From Phoronis australis (lineage: Eukaryota; Animalia; Phoronida), in assembly GCA_002633005.1 (NCBI GenBank), contig NMRA01000118.1, forward strand, positions 558,707 through 622,706: a stretch of DNA of 64,000 nucleotides, read 5' to 3'. The notes beneath the pieces were generated by a model. The model was not told where the DNA came from and did not search any database. It saw nothing but the letters and a program-made list of their open reading frames with translations. The number at the start of each line of letters is the position of its first letter. Position 1 is the stretch's first letter. The position numbers and the translations under genes were made by a program. This document shows positions 35,101 to 45,854 of this stretch, piece by piece.

Positions 35101-38100
35101 CCATTGAGCTGGTTAATGCCAATTGAGTTACATTATGTCGGCTACTTCTCTTGCTACAAGATCTACTTGGTAGTAAGTGACTGGAATATTGACGAGTGAT
35201 TCAGATCCCTCGAAGCAAATATTTAATGCATTGTTTATTTCAGTGGTTCATCCAGATTGCTATGGCTGTTCAGCACATGCATTCAAAGAAAATTTTACAC
35301 AGGTGAGTGTACTTTGTAATCTTTCGTCAACACAAAAACAATATGTGCTTTAGGTGATATGTGAGTGTGATTTTGGGAGCCCAAATCTGAAGCTAGTAAG
35401 TTTGAAATTTTTGTGATTGTTCGAAACTCTTTTGATGTGAATTTGGTTATTGATAACCCACAATGCTGCCTGTTTTTTCAGGCATGTACTGGCAATATTT
35501 AGCAGCAGCTTAGTTAATTTATTGGCTGACAAAAGAATTTTGAAGTGGGGCCCTTGTTGTTGTCATTATTAGTACAAACATTGTTATCAGGTGGTCGGAA
35601 GGGGAAGGACAAGTAATAGTGAGTTGTTGTTAACATCCATTTTGTTAGTTTTCTGGGTTTTTTTAGGGACCTGAAAACACAGAACGTTTTCCTGACCAAG
35701 AAAGGAGTGGTCAAACTGGGTGATTTTGGAATCTCCAAGATGATGGACACAACTATAGACATGGCTAGTACCTGTGTGGGAACACCATGTTACCTCAGCC
35801 CAGAACTGTGTCAGGACATCCCGTACAGCTCCAAGTCTGATATTTGGGTTAGTGTCATGGGTTCATTTCAAACGTTGCATACAATTGAGGTTGTGAAGTT
35901 AGAAACTGAAAACGATTTTCTGGACTTTCGCTGTAATATAAATTAGTCATTACGTCTTGGAAACAATATTTTGTCATGTTCTGTATTGCTGTGTTTTCGA
36001 ATTTTATAACAATAACAAAACAATGTGCATTTTTCAATTTATTTTTTTCAACCTTAACTCAAATGTCTTCTGTTTAACTGCCAACAATAAGTGTCTCATT
36101 CATTGTAGGCTCTGGGCTGTTTATTGTACGAGACTGCTGCTCTCCGTCCAGCATTTGATGCTAATAACCTTGTTAGTCTCTTCTATAAAATTGTTAAAGG
36201 TGAATATGAGGTAAGTCATAGCTCTGTTCTGTAGGTTCTTTATGATTTGTAGTGGGATCTGTCCCACACTGCAGACTCCATAGAAATTTCAGCACAGAAT
36301 GTTATCGCTGTCATTCACTGTAGTTATATAACAAAGTCCATGCAAGCTTTTCAAGTGGGTGTAACAGGATGCTAATAAATTGCAATGAAATACACTCGGC
36401 AAATAAATGTGTTTCTTTGTTGAAAGTAGGAAATAGAATTTTTATAGTGTATGGGATCAAATACAGAAATGGGCAACTGAGAGGAATGTGCCAGAAAAGG
36501 TTGAACCCTTTGGAATTGTTCTTGCCCTACTTCAGACTTGCAAAGTGTTTGAATTACCAACTGCTAGTGTTTTCTGTTGCTATTGTCTCTCAATAAAATC
36601 ATTGGAGGAAAGGTGTAGGTTGTATTAGCTTCTAATCTCTGACTGGTGGTATTTTGAAGTATCATCTGTTAATCTCCTGCGAACAGATGTATTGTGCATT
36701 TACAAGTTATTCAACACAACCCAAACGAAACAGACAAAATGCTTCATTATTCACCATCATGTCAGCATAGCTGAACAGAATTCCATGCCATGACTGTTGA
36801 TTATAAGCACTATTTGCCATCATTGTGGCCACCCATCATGATGGTAATTTACTTGAAAGCGGAAAAGCTGATTCACTTCCTAGAGTTCGGATCTCATCAT
36901 TAAGTACTTATTAAAAATAAGCAAATGTGTTATCTTTAAAAGATTCACTGCATGACAAATGCAGATGACCAATACACTGTCTGTAATTAGATCACTCGTG
37001 GCCACTATGCTGCGTGTGAGAGCTACCCGGCTTTCTAACGGAAGTTGCATTCGGTTAAAATTGATACAATAATGTGCAGCCCAGTTGTTACGTTGTTTCG
37101 GTTTTAAATAATCTCTTTTTGCTAAATGTCTCATCATTCATCATTTGGATGTCTGTTCCATTGTCCATAACAGTCACACTCTGACTTGGATCTACACTTT
37201 GAAGTAATAAGCACGTGAATTTGGAAATTTGGCAATTGTGCAAAAATTCTACGTTTCACTTTCGTTGGTCACGGTCCCAATTTTGCTTTAACATGTACAT
37301 GCACTTGTATAATGAGACTACTTTCAAAATTAAAGTAAGATGTTGAATATTTTACAAAATATATAATTATGTAACAAGTATAGCTCTTGAGAAATTTTTG
37401 ATATTCACCAAGATAAGCCAAGGTTCATTCTTTTACTTTGATTAATATATTTAGTTTATAATTTGGTGTCATTTTTTGCCCACTCTCTCATGAATTTCTC
37501 CATTCCGTAATTTTGAGCATGTGATATGTTTTGGTGCTTCAATGTGATAAGGTGAGAGAGCATCTAATAATACCGTTATTATTTTGTCCAACCAATCAAA
37601 TGTGTTTTTCCTGATGCCCTGCATATAGCCCATTAAGGCAGCATGATTATATCACTTAAGGTCGTACACATCCGCATTCAAATACTAGGACAATCATCCT
37701 ATCTTGCGATAAACATTTGATTCTATTACATGAATTTTGCAAATTTGTTAGCGGCTTTGTTCAGAGTTTGTTTTTGCAATGATTCAGGCATAAGTCACTG
37801 GGACTAAACCATGTTTGCTAAGAGCTATAAAAAAGAATACAAAACCGAGTGTGATCAAAAGGTATTGCCATAAAGCTTTAATTTCTGCTTCTCTCATTGT
37901 GGCATCAAAAACCGTTATTGCTTGGGCAGTACACCATTATGAACTGCGGTAATCAAGTTGTGAACATCATGCCACTTGGTGCACTGTGCATGTGGACATT
38001 GTACATTAGGTTAACGCACTACAATAGTTACCCTACATAGTGGACCACTATTGCGGCATGTGAAGATTGTGGTAAAAAGATTAACAGCTATTATGATGTG

Positions 38101-41100
38101 ATATGATGCATCATGATCCGTTATTGTTAGCCAGAATCAAGCAGAAACTAAATCGGAAAAATGAACTCGACTGTCATGACATGGAAGCTGTATTTTATCT
38201 GTTTTTATTATAATTATTAAATGTTAAAATCTATGGACAAAAAAATCGGTTGGTTATTCATTATTGTTTTTTTTTTTGGTGTTCCCGTTACAGAAGTAGC
38301 TTTTATCACTGTGGTTTTCAAAATATTTTGACCCTGGTTTGAGTCCTCCGATTTCATTAATGCTGACTTTTAATTATTTGTGGTTATAAGTTGACTTTCA
38401 TTTCCTGCAGCCTTTGCCATCAAGTTACTCAATGGACCTCAGTCAACTGCTGATGCAAATTTTAGTCAAAGTTCCTGATGATCGGCCAAGGTAATGCTTA
38501 TTAAGTAAAACTTTGTTGTTAAGTGAAATGCTAGGCAAATATTATACCATGGATGCACTAAACACTTTGCGCTATTCCAGAAAGTTATTAAATGTCTTCT
38601 ATTTTTACTCTGTTCTACTGTTCAGTAAATAAATGTAAACTCAGTTTTGACTGTTCCTGCAATTTGTATAATAAATTACTGTTTTTCATTTACATTCCTG
38701 TTCAAGACCCTACCTTGAATTGAGTAACACAAATTACTAACAACCACCCTGCAAATACACAACAAGAGTTCTATTGTGGTTTCAGTGCCAGCGCTATCCT
38801 CAATCTTCCTCTTGTAAAAGAGTATCTGGATGACTTCATTGAGGAGAAGGAATACCTGCTACAGCAGAGGATAATAAAACAAGATGCGCTCAAGACATCA
38901 CCCGGGGACAAGGTATCTACTAAAAAGCTCCGCCCTAGGAGTTCTCCTGCCATCAGGTAAGTGTAGTTACTGTCCAACCTCGTTACAACAAACGTCAAAG
39001 GATCAGGTTAAACTTAACATGCATTAGGTAAAATCAGGTCTTGAAAGTATTTGCATATTCTGAACAGGGAACATTGTAACGAGGTCAGTCAGTATGTTGT
39101 GTTGTTGCTTAAGAGCTGTCCACTGTATGTAGTGTCTGGTACGTTGTGAATTTTTGTTAAAATAGTATAATTGCCATGTGTCAGTAAAGTAAACATTGAC
39201 TTGAAAATATCCAAGATATCGTATTTTACTTTTTCTTTTATCTTCACATGGGGTAACGCGAACACCAGTTTCTTGATTTATAGCTTAACTTTTAGTTGAA
39301 AGTAATGTGGACAATGGCAACGATTGTGACTACAAAAAGTAATGACTAGTCGCAGTAACATTCTTTATTAATTACTGTGACAAAACTTCATCTGGTTGCT
39401 AAATAACTCTTTTATACTTGGTTCGCTACTTGGCAGAGCTCTGCTGACATATGCCTCATTCTTTTGTCTTTTCTTGGTCTCAATCTTTCCAATTTGCAGT
39501 TAAGTGCTATAGTTACATATATTTACAAGCCAGGTTATCATTGCTCAGTGTCATAACATTAAGCTACTGCAATGAGCATATCAACAACTGATTGATGTTT
39601 GCATCACATGCGCTCACTCCCTTATCAACATTTCAGTCGTAACAACTCCTTTGATCCAGCCATCAGTCCTGCTGGTTGCAGTCCTAAAATAAGGCGGAAA
39701 AGGCCTGCTAGTTCATTTCCTCAGGGCTACAACGATCCCACAGAGGGGGTAACAAGCAGTGAAGAAGGTAAGGTCACAAGATGGACTGTGTTTACATAAT
39801 TCTTACCTCTACAAAATGTAATGATACCCTTCCTCCCTTAACCCAATTAGAAGTTACTAGACAAACACTGGCTGCAAATCTAAAATCACCTGAATCATGC
39901 CATTTACTAAGTACAGTTTAACTCCCATATGATGGGATGTTATTGACAAATCCAGTTGAATGGTGACTAGTATTCATGACTGTTCAAGTGCAGCAAATTA
40001 GTTCCAGGCATTAATGAAAGTGTTTTGCGACATGAATACCTAGTACATGTCTTAATGTATTTAGTGTATGAACTGTTAGAGAAACGATAGTAGGTCCACA
40101 TTTGCGCCAGCACTCGACTTATTCAGCCAACTCAGTGCAGTAGACGACTCTGTACTCTCTATCAGATTCCATAAATAATGACAGGCTTGAATTGTATGGC
40201 TCTAAAGGTGCAATAGCAGAAGAGGATGAGGTTCCCACTGAAGAGTCTGTTGACTATGAAGACGACTTTGATAAATCTTCAACTTCATCATCGTCTGACG
40301 AAGAAGGTAAGTCTAGACCATGAGCATATAGCCTAGTCTGTAGAGTGAGTCAAATCTTACCTGAATATAAAAAGTGCCTAAAAGGAGACAGTTTAATTGA
40401 CAAACTGCGTCATCACAACCTTTTGCTGCTTGTTAGAGGCTCAGTCTGTTTGTTATACGTGAACTGCCTTGCTGGTATCTTGCAGTTATAACTTTTCGTT
40501 CTGACAGGAAATTTGACAATTGGATGTTATATTTACGGCTTGTCTAGACTGGGCCTGGTGGATAAGCACCCTTGTTGGATCACGTGCAGTGAAGAAACAA
40601 GTTTCCTAACGCAAACACAACATCCCAGACCAGTGATTCTCATGACTGTCTAGTCGTGTCCATAAACCCTAATACTGGGCAATGTCATAAATTATGTGCT
40701 TGTTGGTTTCCAGTTACAGGGCTAAACAGTATTAAGTTTTAGCTTCACAATTTTCTTATGCCTTCTAACCTGATTACTGCAGGCTGACCCCATTGAGATG
40801 AACCCATGACTTTTCACTAATCCTACTTTTATTTTTGGTAGACTAAACTTCAGCAACCCTACGGTCAAATTGATGAAAACAAAAATAACATGGCACAGCA
40901 TTGAAGTTTGCTGTGTGGTCTTATTAGCGGTGTCTTAAAAATCGTTTGGCTATTTTTCTGACTGGTGGATGACTCATTTCCAAATTGGTTGAATAAAAAT
41001 GTGTGACCTGCGATGTATATCTTGGCAAAACTAAGTTGGTATTAAGAATTTTATTTTAGGTGTTTAAAATATATATGGAAATTACAAACAGTGTTCAGCT

Positions 41101-44100
41101 TAGACAGAGGCTGGATGTCATTAGGCTAGACTTGGAATGTGTGCTTATCAGTTGTGTTGAAGAAATAGGGCAAAGTTGCCATCCTAAAGGTCATTTCACG
41201 TCGCATAAAAACTGAATTGAATGTGGGTTCCCCAGTGTGCAATTTGTGGAGTGACAATGTCGGTCAAAGTAAGACAAAGGTCATTGTCTTGTTGTTTATC
41301 TCAAAAATGTTTTTGGTCAGCCGTCATCATTAGTGGAAAATTCACTCTGTGAGATTCTGCTGATTGCTGTAATGAAAGCATTTTGTCATTTTTGAAAGTT
41401 CCTGATTGAAACCGAGACTATCTTATTGACATTAGTTGCATCCCTAGCCTCATGCAGATATAGAAGAATGCACTTATTATCATGTCTCTAATGTTGTGCT
41501 CTGCACTTATGGCCTTTTGATAGAGCTGCAAGCACTGGCAGGAAATGATGGTAAGGGAGGTGTGCTCCTTTGTGTTCTATACCACAATGTATGTCAAAGT
41601 TCAAAGTTCATGGGATGGACTTTGCTGTCAGGTGTTTATGCTCAGGATGTTTAACTTCAAGTCTTTGTCATGCTGGATGTGTGTGAACTGCACCAAGAAC
41701 TATTGTGAGAGAAATTGATCAATCATATTATTCCAAGCAGCTGTTCATTTCATAACCAAAAGTTACTTTACATTAACTAGTAGGTTTTTCATTGGAATCC
41801 AGTTTTAAGTAAACAAAGTGCACTTGAATGAATGTTTTCTAGTAATGATTGTTCATCATGATTGCACTCATTCATCCTAAGTTTGTTTTAAATTTCCTAG
41901 CTATTTTTTCTCTTGATAGTAACAGTTTTTAGTAATGTACAATGTTACACATTCTGGGTTTAGTTGTTCATAATTAAGCCATTTTAAGAAGTATGTGAAG
42001 GCAGTGCATTCATCCTGTTGTTGCCACTTGTGTTGTTTAAGACTGCTGTGCAATTTGATGTTAGTGTGATATACTTCAGTTCACCTTTTGTATGTCTGGT
42101 TGTTTTAAGTTTCTCTTTGATTGTATTGAAACTGCTTGAATGTGATTTCAAATTTTGTAAATTGTGTGTAACCATTCAGACTGTTACGTTTCATGAAGTG
42201 GATTATTGTTGTTTTATTTTTGTTGTATATTAATAATTACATCCAATTTATAATTTCTGGTTGAGTTTAGTTTTGTAGGATAGTGACCTCACTTTTTGAA
42301 CTTGTAGTTAAAATGCCATTTTCAGTCATGATTCAGATTTATGTAATTTGTTAAAACACCATCAGTCTATTGACTGTGTACTATCATTAAATATACAATG
42401 AACATTCTGTGACACACTTTTGTAACCAAGTAAACACGAAACAAAAATAGACAAGTTATGCCCCAACCATACTCTGCTGTTTTTGCGTATGACTTGCTAA
42501 ATGTTTGCTCATAAAAAATGAAAAATGGGGAGTAACAGATTTTTTTAGCTAGAATATCATGGATGATAATCAGAGTGTACCAGAGAGTGGTCAAAAATCG
42601 TTATATGAAGTAGTAAACAAAAAAATTGGCTTTCATATTTATTATTATGTTACCAAAAAAATGGTGCGGATGACTCCAGAGAGTTAAAAGATGTGTTTGA
42701 CTTTATTTTAATATCTTGTATTCTAAAGGTTTATTTTGATGAGTGACATTTTGAACGAGCTTTAATCTTATTTTGTTGCAGAGATTCCTGAAGAACTTCC
42801 AGAAGGGAAGTGTGCTGAAATGGAGGATGATAGTAAACTGATGATCAGCATGGAGGCAGATGACAACGAAGCACAGTATTTAGACGACTTCGAGGAGGAC
42901 TCGGACCAGGTCAGGCTTTAAGTGAACTGAATTTTCATACAGCTAAGTATGTTGTCCTCATACAAGGCATCATGAAGGTGCTGGAAATAATTGGACCTGC
43001 ATGGTCATAACAAATACCTCTTCTCCCCTTATGTTAACCTCAAGAAAGAGAGTCAGTTTTCAAAATAAAAATGTTGGTTATTGTATATGAGTTCCTTTTT
43101 CCATCATCACTCACGCTCATGCACACATCCATACATGGTTGAGTTATCTACCAGGCGTCTCAGAGTTTAAGTCATCACTGACATGGTGTTTGCTTTGCTT
43201 CAAGCTTAAGAAACTTAGATCAGCATTCATGATTAAATGCCATGGGTTGATGATGGCAGTTCTGTTACATCTCTATTGACAAAGTACAAACTAAGTGTTG
43301 TGGAATGGGCTTATGCGTCTGGAAAATATTCCTTAAAATTAAAGATGATTTGAAGTTGTAACCAAACTGCTTACAGAAAATAATTATAATAGTAGTAGTA
43401 ATAATTATAAAAATACAGAAAATAAAGGCTCCTGGTTCAATCAAAAGTCATTGCTTTTCATTTAATGAATCAACTCAAAACAAAGTTGACGATTCTCTAA
43501 GAATAACTGTTGGAACTGTTGCTGTAAATCTCCCATTTGTCTTTCACTAAAATTATTTTCCAACCAAAAACATCCTAAGCCTTCAATGATACATGTCCAT
43601 GGTCATGTGACTTCCACCGGGGGTACTTGTAGTGTTTTGGTAGATGGAGCTGAACCTTACTTCTTCATTTTCCAGATTAAATAGCATTCTGACACAAAAA
43701 TTCTCCAAGAAGAAGAAAAGGGGCCCGTTCCAAGAAACTGACTTAAGTTCATTATTGACTTAAGTCTAAGATTTGTCTTAACTTCCAAACTTTGAAACTT
43801 CCATATCTGGTAAATTCATCAAAATTAAGCCAAAACGTACGTCAAACACTTAAATCAAGCTTAACATTCTCTTTCTTGAAATGATTTTGAGACAAATTGA
43901 ACTTTTATTTTAAAAGTTAGTAAAATTTAGGAATTGTCTTAGCTAAGTCAGTTTTGTTGGAACGGGCCCAAGACCTTTATGTTGGCCTGAAAATTATTGC
44001 ATTAAAACTTCCACTGCCTTGACATCTGAATTATATGTAATGATTCTGAAATAATGTAATATATAGTTCGCGTTTTGATATCTGATGGATTTGTGGTAGT

Positions 44101-45854
44101 TCCTTCAGTGTTAATGGAAATGGCTAAGTTTACTTGGTATTACAGACCTCAGTGAGATTGTACACATTGCTCATGAGGTCCCTGATATTGAAGCTTGTGG
44201 TTAGTTTATTTTTAATTACTTGGGCTTGATGAAATTGTAAACATAGCTCGCAAGGTCCGTTGTATTGAACCTCGTGGCAAGTTTATCGTAANTACTTGTA
44301 GTGTTTTGGTAGATGGAGCTGAACCTTACTTTTTCATTTTCCAGATTAAATAGCATTCTGACACAAAAATTCTCCGAGAAGAAGAAAAGACCTTTATGTT
44401 GGCCTGAAAATTATTGCATTAAAACTTCCACTGCCTTGACATCTGAATTATATGTAATGATTCTGAAATAATGTAATATATAGTTCGCGTTTTGATATCT
44501 GATGGATTTGTGGTAGTTCCTTCAGTGTTAATGGAAATGGCTAAGTTTACTTGGTATTACAGACCTCAGTGAGATTGTACACATTGCTCATGAGGTCCCT
44601 GATATTGAAGCTTGTGGTTAGTTTATTTTTAATTACTTGGGCTTGATGAAATTGTAAACATAGCTCGCAAGGTCCGTTGTATTGAACCTCGTGGCAAGTT
44701 TATCGTAATTACAGAGATGTAAACATTGTTTGTGATTCTCATGGTTTTGCAACTTGATTTTATTATAATTACAGGACCTTGATGAGATTGTAAACATTGC
44801 TCGCGAGGCCCGTGGTATTGCAGCTTCTGATGAGTTTATTGTAGACGAAGATGACCACCGACCTAAATCTGCTTGCCGGAACTTAATAAGAGAGTGAGTC
44901 AAATCAGTTAATCAAAGGTAGCTTCTTATGTATGGTCTAAATTATGAGAAGTGCTTGGAAAATTCATCTTTATTTTAATAAGTCAAATATTGTAAAACTT
45001 GCTCGAGTTGGATATTTATAGCAAAAGATTTTGTGTATAGCCTGTGAAATGATAATCTACCTTGAAATATCAGACTCAGGCAACATTAAAGCCAGAATTA
45101 GATTTGAATTGATTACCTGAATGTACCGTTAGTTTTTATTGCTTCTTCCTATTATGTTGGCAGACATTGCATCGGGTCTCTTGGTAAAGATCGGTATGAA
45201 CAGGTCAAGAAAGTGTACCAGAACGCTCTGACAGAAGATGACTTGAGGTATGCAGTAAACTCTTACTTGGCTTACAAATTTCAGATGTTGTTAAAGTTGA
45301 CTGGGTTTGAATAAGTCACAGCTGAGATAGTTAAATGTCGTTGTTGCAGAGGCTTATGATGTGTAGTTGAGGGGTCTTCGTTCGTGTGAATAATTGAAAC
45401 ACATTTGTGGGCTGTCAGCAAATTAAGCAGAATAAAATGAAAGAAGCCACACAAAACAATTTAACATTTTGTTATTTCATCCTTTGTTGATCGTGACTCA
45501 TCTTGTGAACATGCAAACATTTCTAGATGGTTTGCAGACATTGGGGGTATTTTAGTTCACTATGCTGATGATATGCTACGTATGGTATTTTTATCCATTG
45601 GACCCCGGAATGGGAAAGATTGCCGAGAATGACTGTTTCAGTCACTTTTCACTGCAGAGCTCATGTCAGTTGTTATCACAAATAGTGACGTGAAGAAATC
45701 TATGTAACCCTAAATATCTGTGCAGCTTGCCAGTACTCTGTTCAACACTGTATTCGTATTTGTTTCCAGTCCCAGAATACAACACATGGTTGGAACTGAG
45801 CATGCAGAAACTTGTTATCTCCTCAGTGAGCTGTTCAACGAAATTGACAGCTGA
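32091..45854 (+). CDS. NIMA-related Ser/Thr kinase (NEK family; NEK1/4/11/12-like), complete spliced CDS, ~551 aa
   Basis: Exons: 32091-32185, 33211-33288, 34004-34091, 34325-34375, 34718-34753, 35244-35302, 35667-35847, 36109-36210, 38411-38490, 38786-38956, 39637-39767, 40166-40306, 41524-41550, 42782-42909, 44775-44893, 45164-45247, 45770-45854 (total 1656 nt, ends TGA). Motifs: [57 protein letters not shown]. Confidence 0.92.
33211..33288 (+). CDS. NEK kinase exon ([11 protein letters not shown]...VLREA)
   Basis: Catalytic Lys and alphaC Glu. Confidence 0.9.
34004..34091 (+). CDS. NEK kinase exon ([17 protein letters not shown]...CIVQ)
   Basis: HPHIV motif; splice sites present. Confidence 0.92.
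34325..34375 (+). CDS. NEK kinase exon ([17 protein letters not shown])
   Basis: Hinge region; splice sites present. Confidence 0.9.
34718..34753 (+). CDS. NEK kinase exon ([12 protein letters not shown])
   Basis: ctttcag acceptor, gtgagt donor; NEK FPExQV motif. Confidence 0.85.
35244..35302 (+). CDS. NEK kinase exon ([19 protein letters not shown])
   Basis: alphaE leading into HRD. Confidence 0.92.
35667..35847 (+). CDS. NEK kinase exon (DLKTQNVFL...DFG...GTPCYLSPE...KSDIW)
   Basis: Catalytic and activation loops. Confidence 0.96.
36109..36210 (+). CDS. NEK kinase exon ([34 protein letters not shown])
   Basis: alphaF-alphaG; splice sites present. Confidence 0.93.
38411..38490 (+). CDS. 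NEK kinase exon ([26 protein letters not shown])
   Basis: Kinase subdomain XI. Confidence 0.92.
38786..38956 (+). CDS. NEK kinase exon ([14 protein letters not shown]...SSPAI)
   Basis: End of kinase domain plus linker; splice sites present. Confidence 0.9.
39637..39767 (+). CDS. NEK kinase tail exon ([11 protein letters not shown]...TSSEE)
   Basis: tttcag acceptor, gtaagg donor, phases fit. Confidence 0.8.
40166..40306 (+). CDS. NEK kinase acidic tail exon (SINNDRL...[19 protein letters not shown])
   Basis: atcag acceptor, gtaagt donor, phase 1-1. Confidence 0.8.
41524..41550 (+). CDS. Candidate 27-nt micro-exon of the NEK kinase (ELQALAGND)
   Basis: ttttgatag acceptor, gtaagg donor, symmetric phase 1, no stop. 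Confidence 0.5.
42782..42909 (+). CDS. NEK kinase acidic tail exon (EIPEELPEG...[12 protein letters not shown])
   Basis: ttgcag acceptor, gtcagg donor. Confidence 0.8.
43721..43969. mobile_element. 249-bp MITE (PIF/Harbinger-like termini), 3-bp TSD AAG
   Basis: TIR gggcccgttccaagaaactgactta / taagtcagttttgttggaacgggccc; AAG duplicated; empty site visible in the adjacent duplicate copy at ~44387-44389. Confidence 0.93.
44556..44708 (+). pseudogene. Two decayed 76-bp tandem copies of the acceptor and 5' part of NEK exon 44775-44893 (pseudo-exons)
   Basis: Homologous-frame translations [19 protein letters not shown] and [23 protein letters not shown] versus the real exon [23 protein letters not shown]. 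Confidence 0.8.
44775..44893 (+). CDS. NEK kinase tail exon ([14 protein letters not shown]...CRNLIR)
   Basis: ttacag acceptor, gtgagt donor, phases fit. Confidence 0.82.
45164..45247 (+). CDS. NEK kinase tail exon ([18 protein letters not shown]...)
   Basis: Resembles the NEK1/NEK11-type C-terminal helical (LGxxxF/Y) region. Confidence 0.82.
45770..45854 (+). CDS. NEK kinase last coding exon ([27 protein letters not shown])
   Basis: tttccag acceptor in phase 2; TGA at 45852-45854. Confidence 0.8.

Larger units (their letters stand above)
43624..44708. repeat. Direct duplication (43624-44291 / 44293-44708) joined by a single N; probably two haplotypes
   Basis: Near-identical 416 bp apart from the 252-bp MITE+TSD and a few SNPs; N at 44292. 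Confidence 0.9.
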
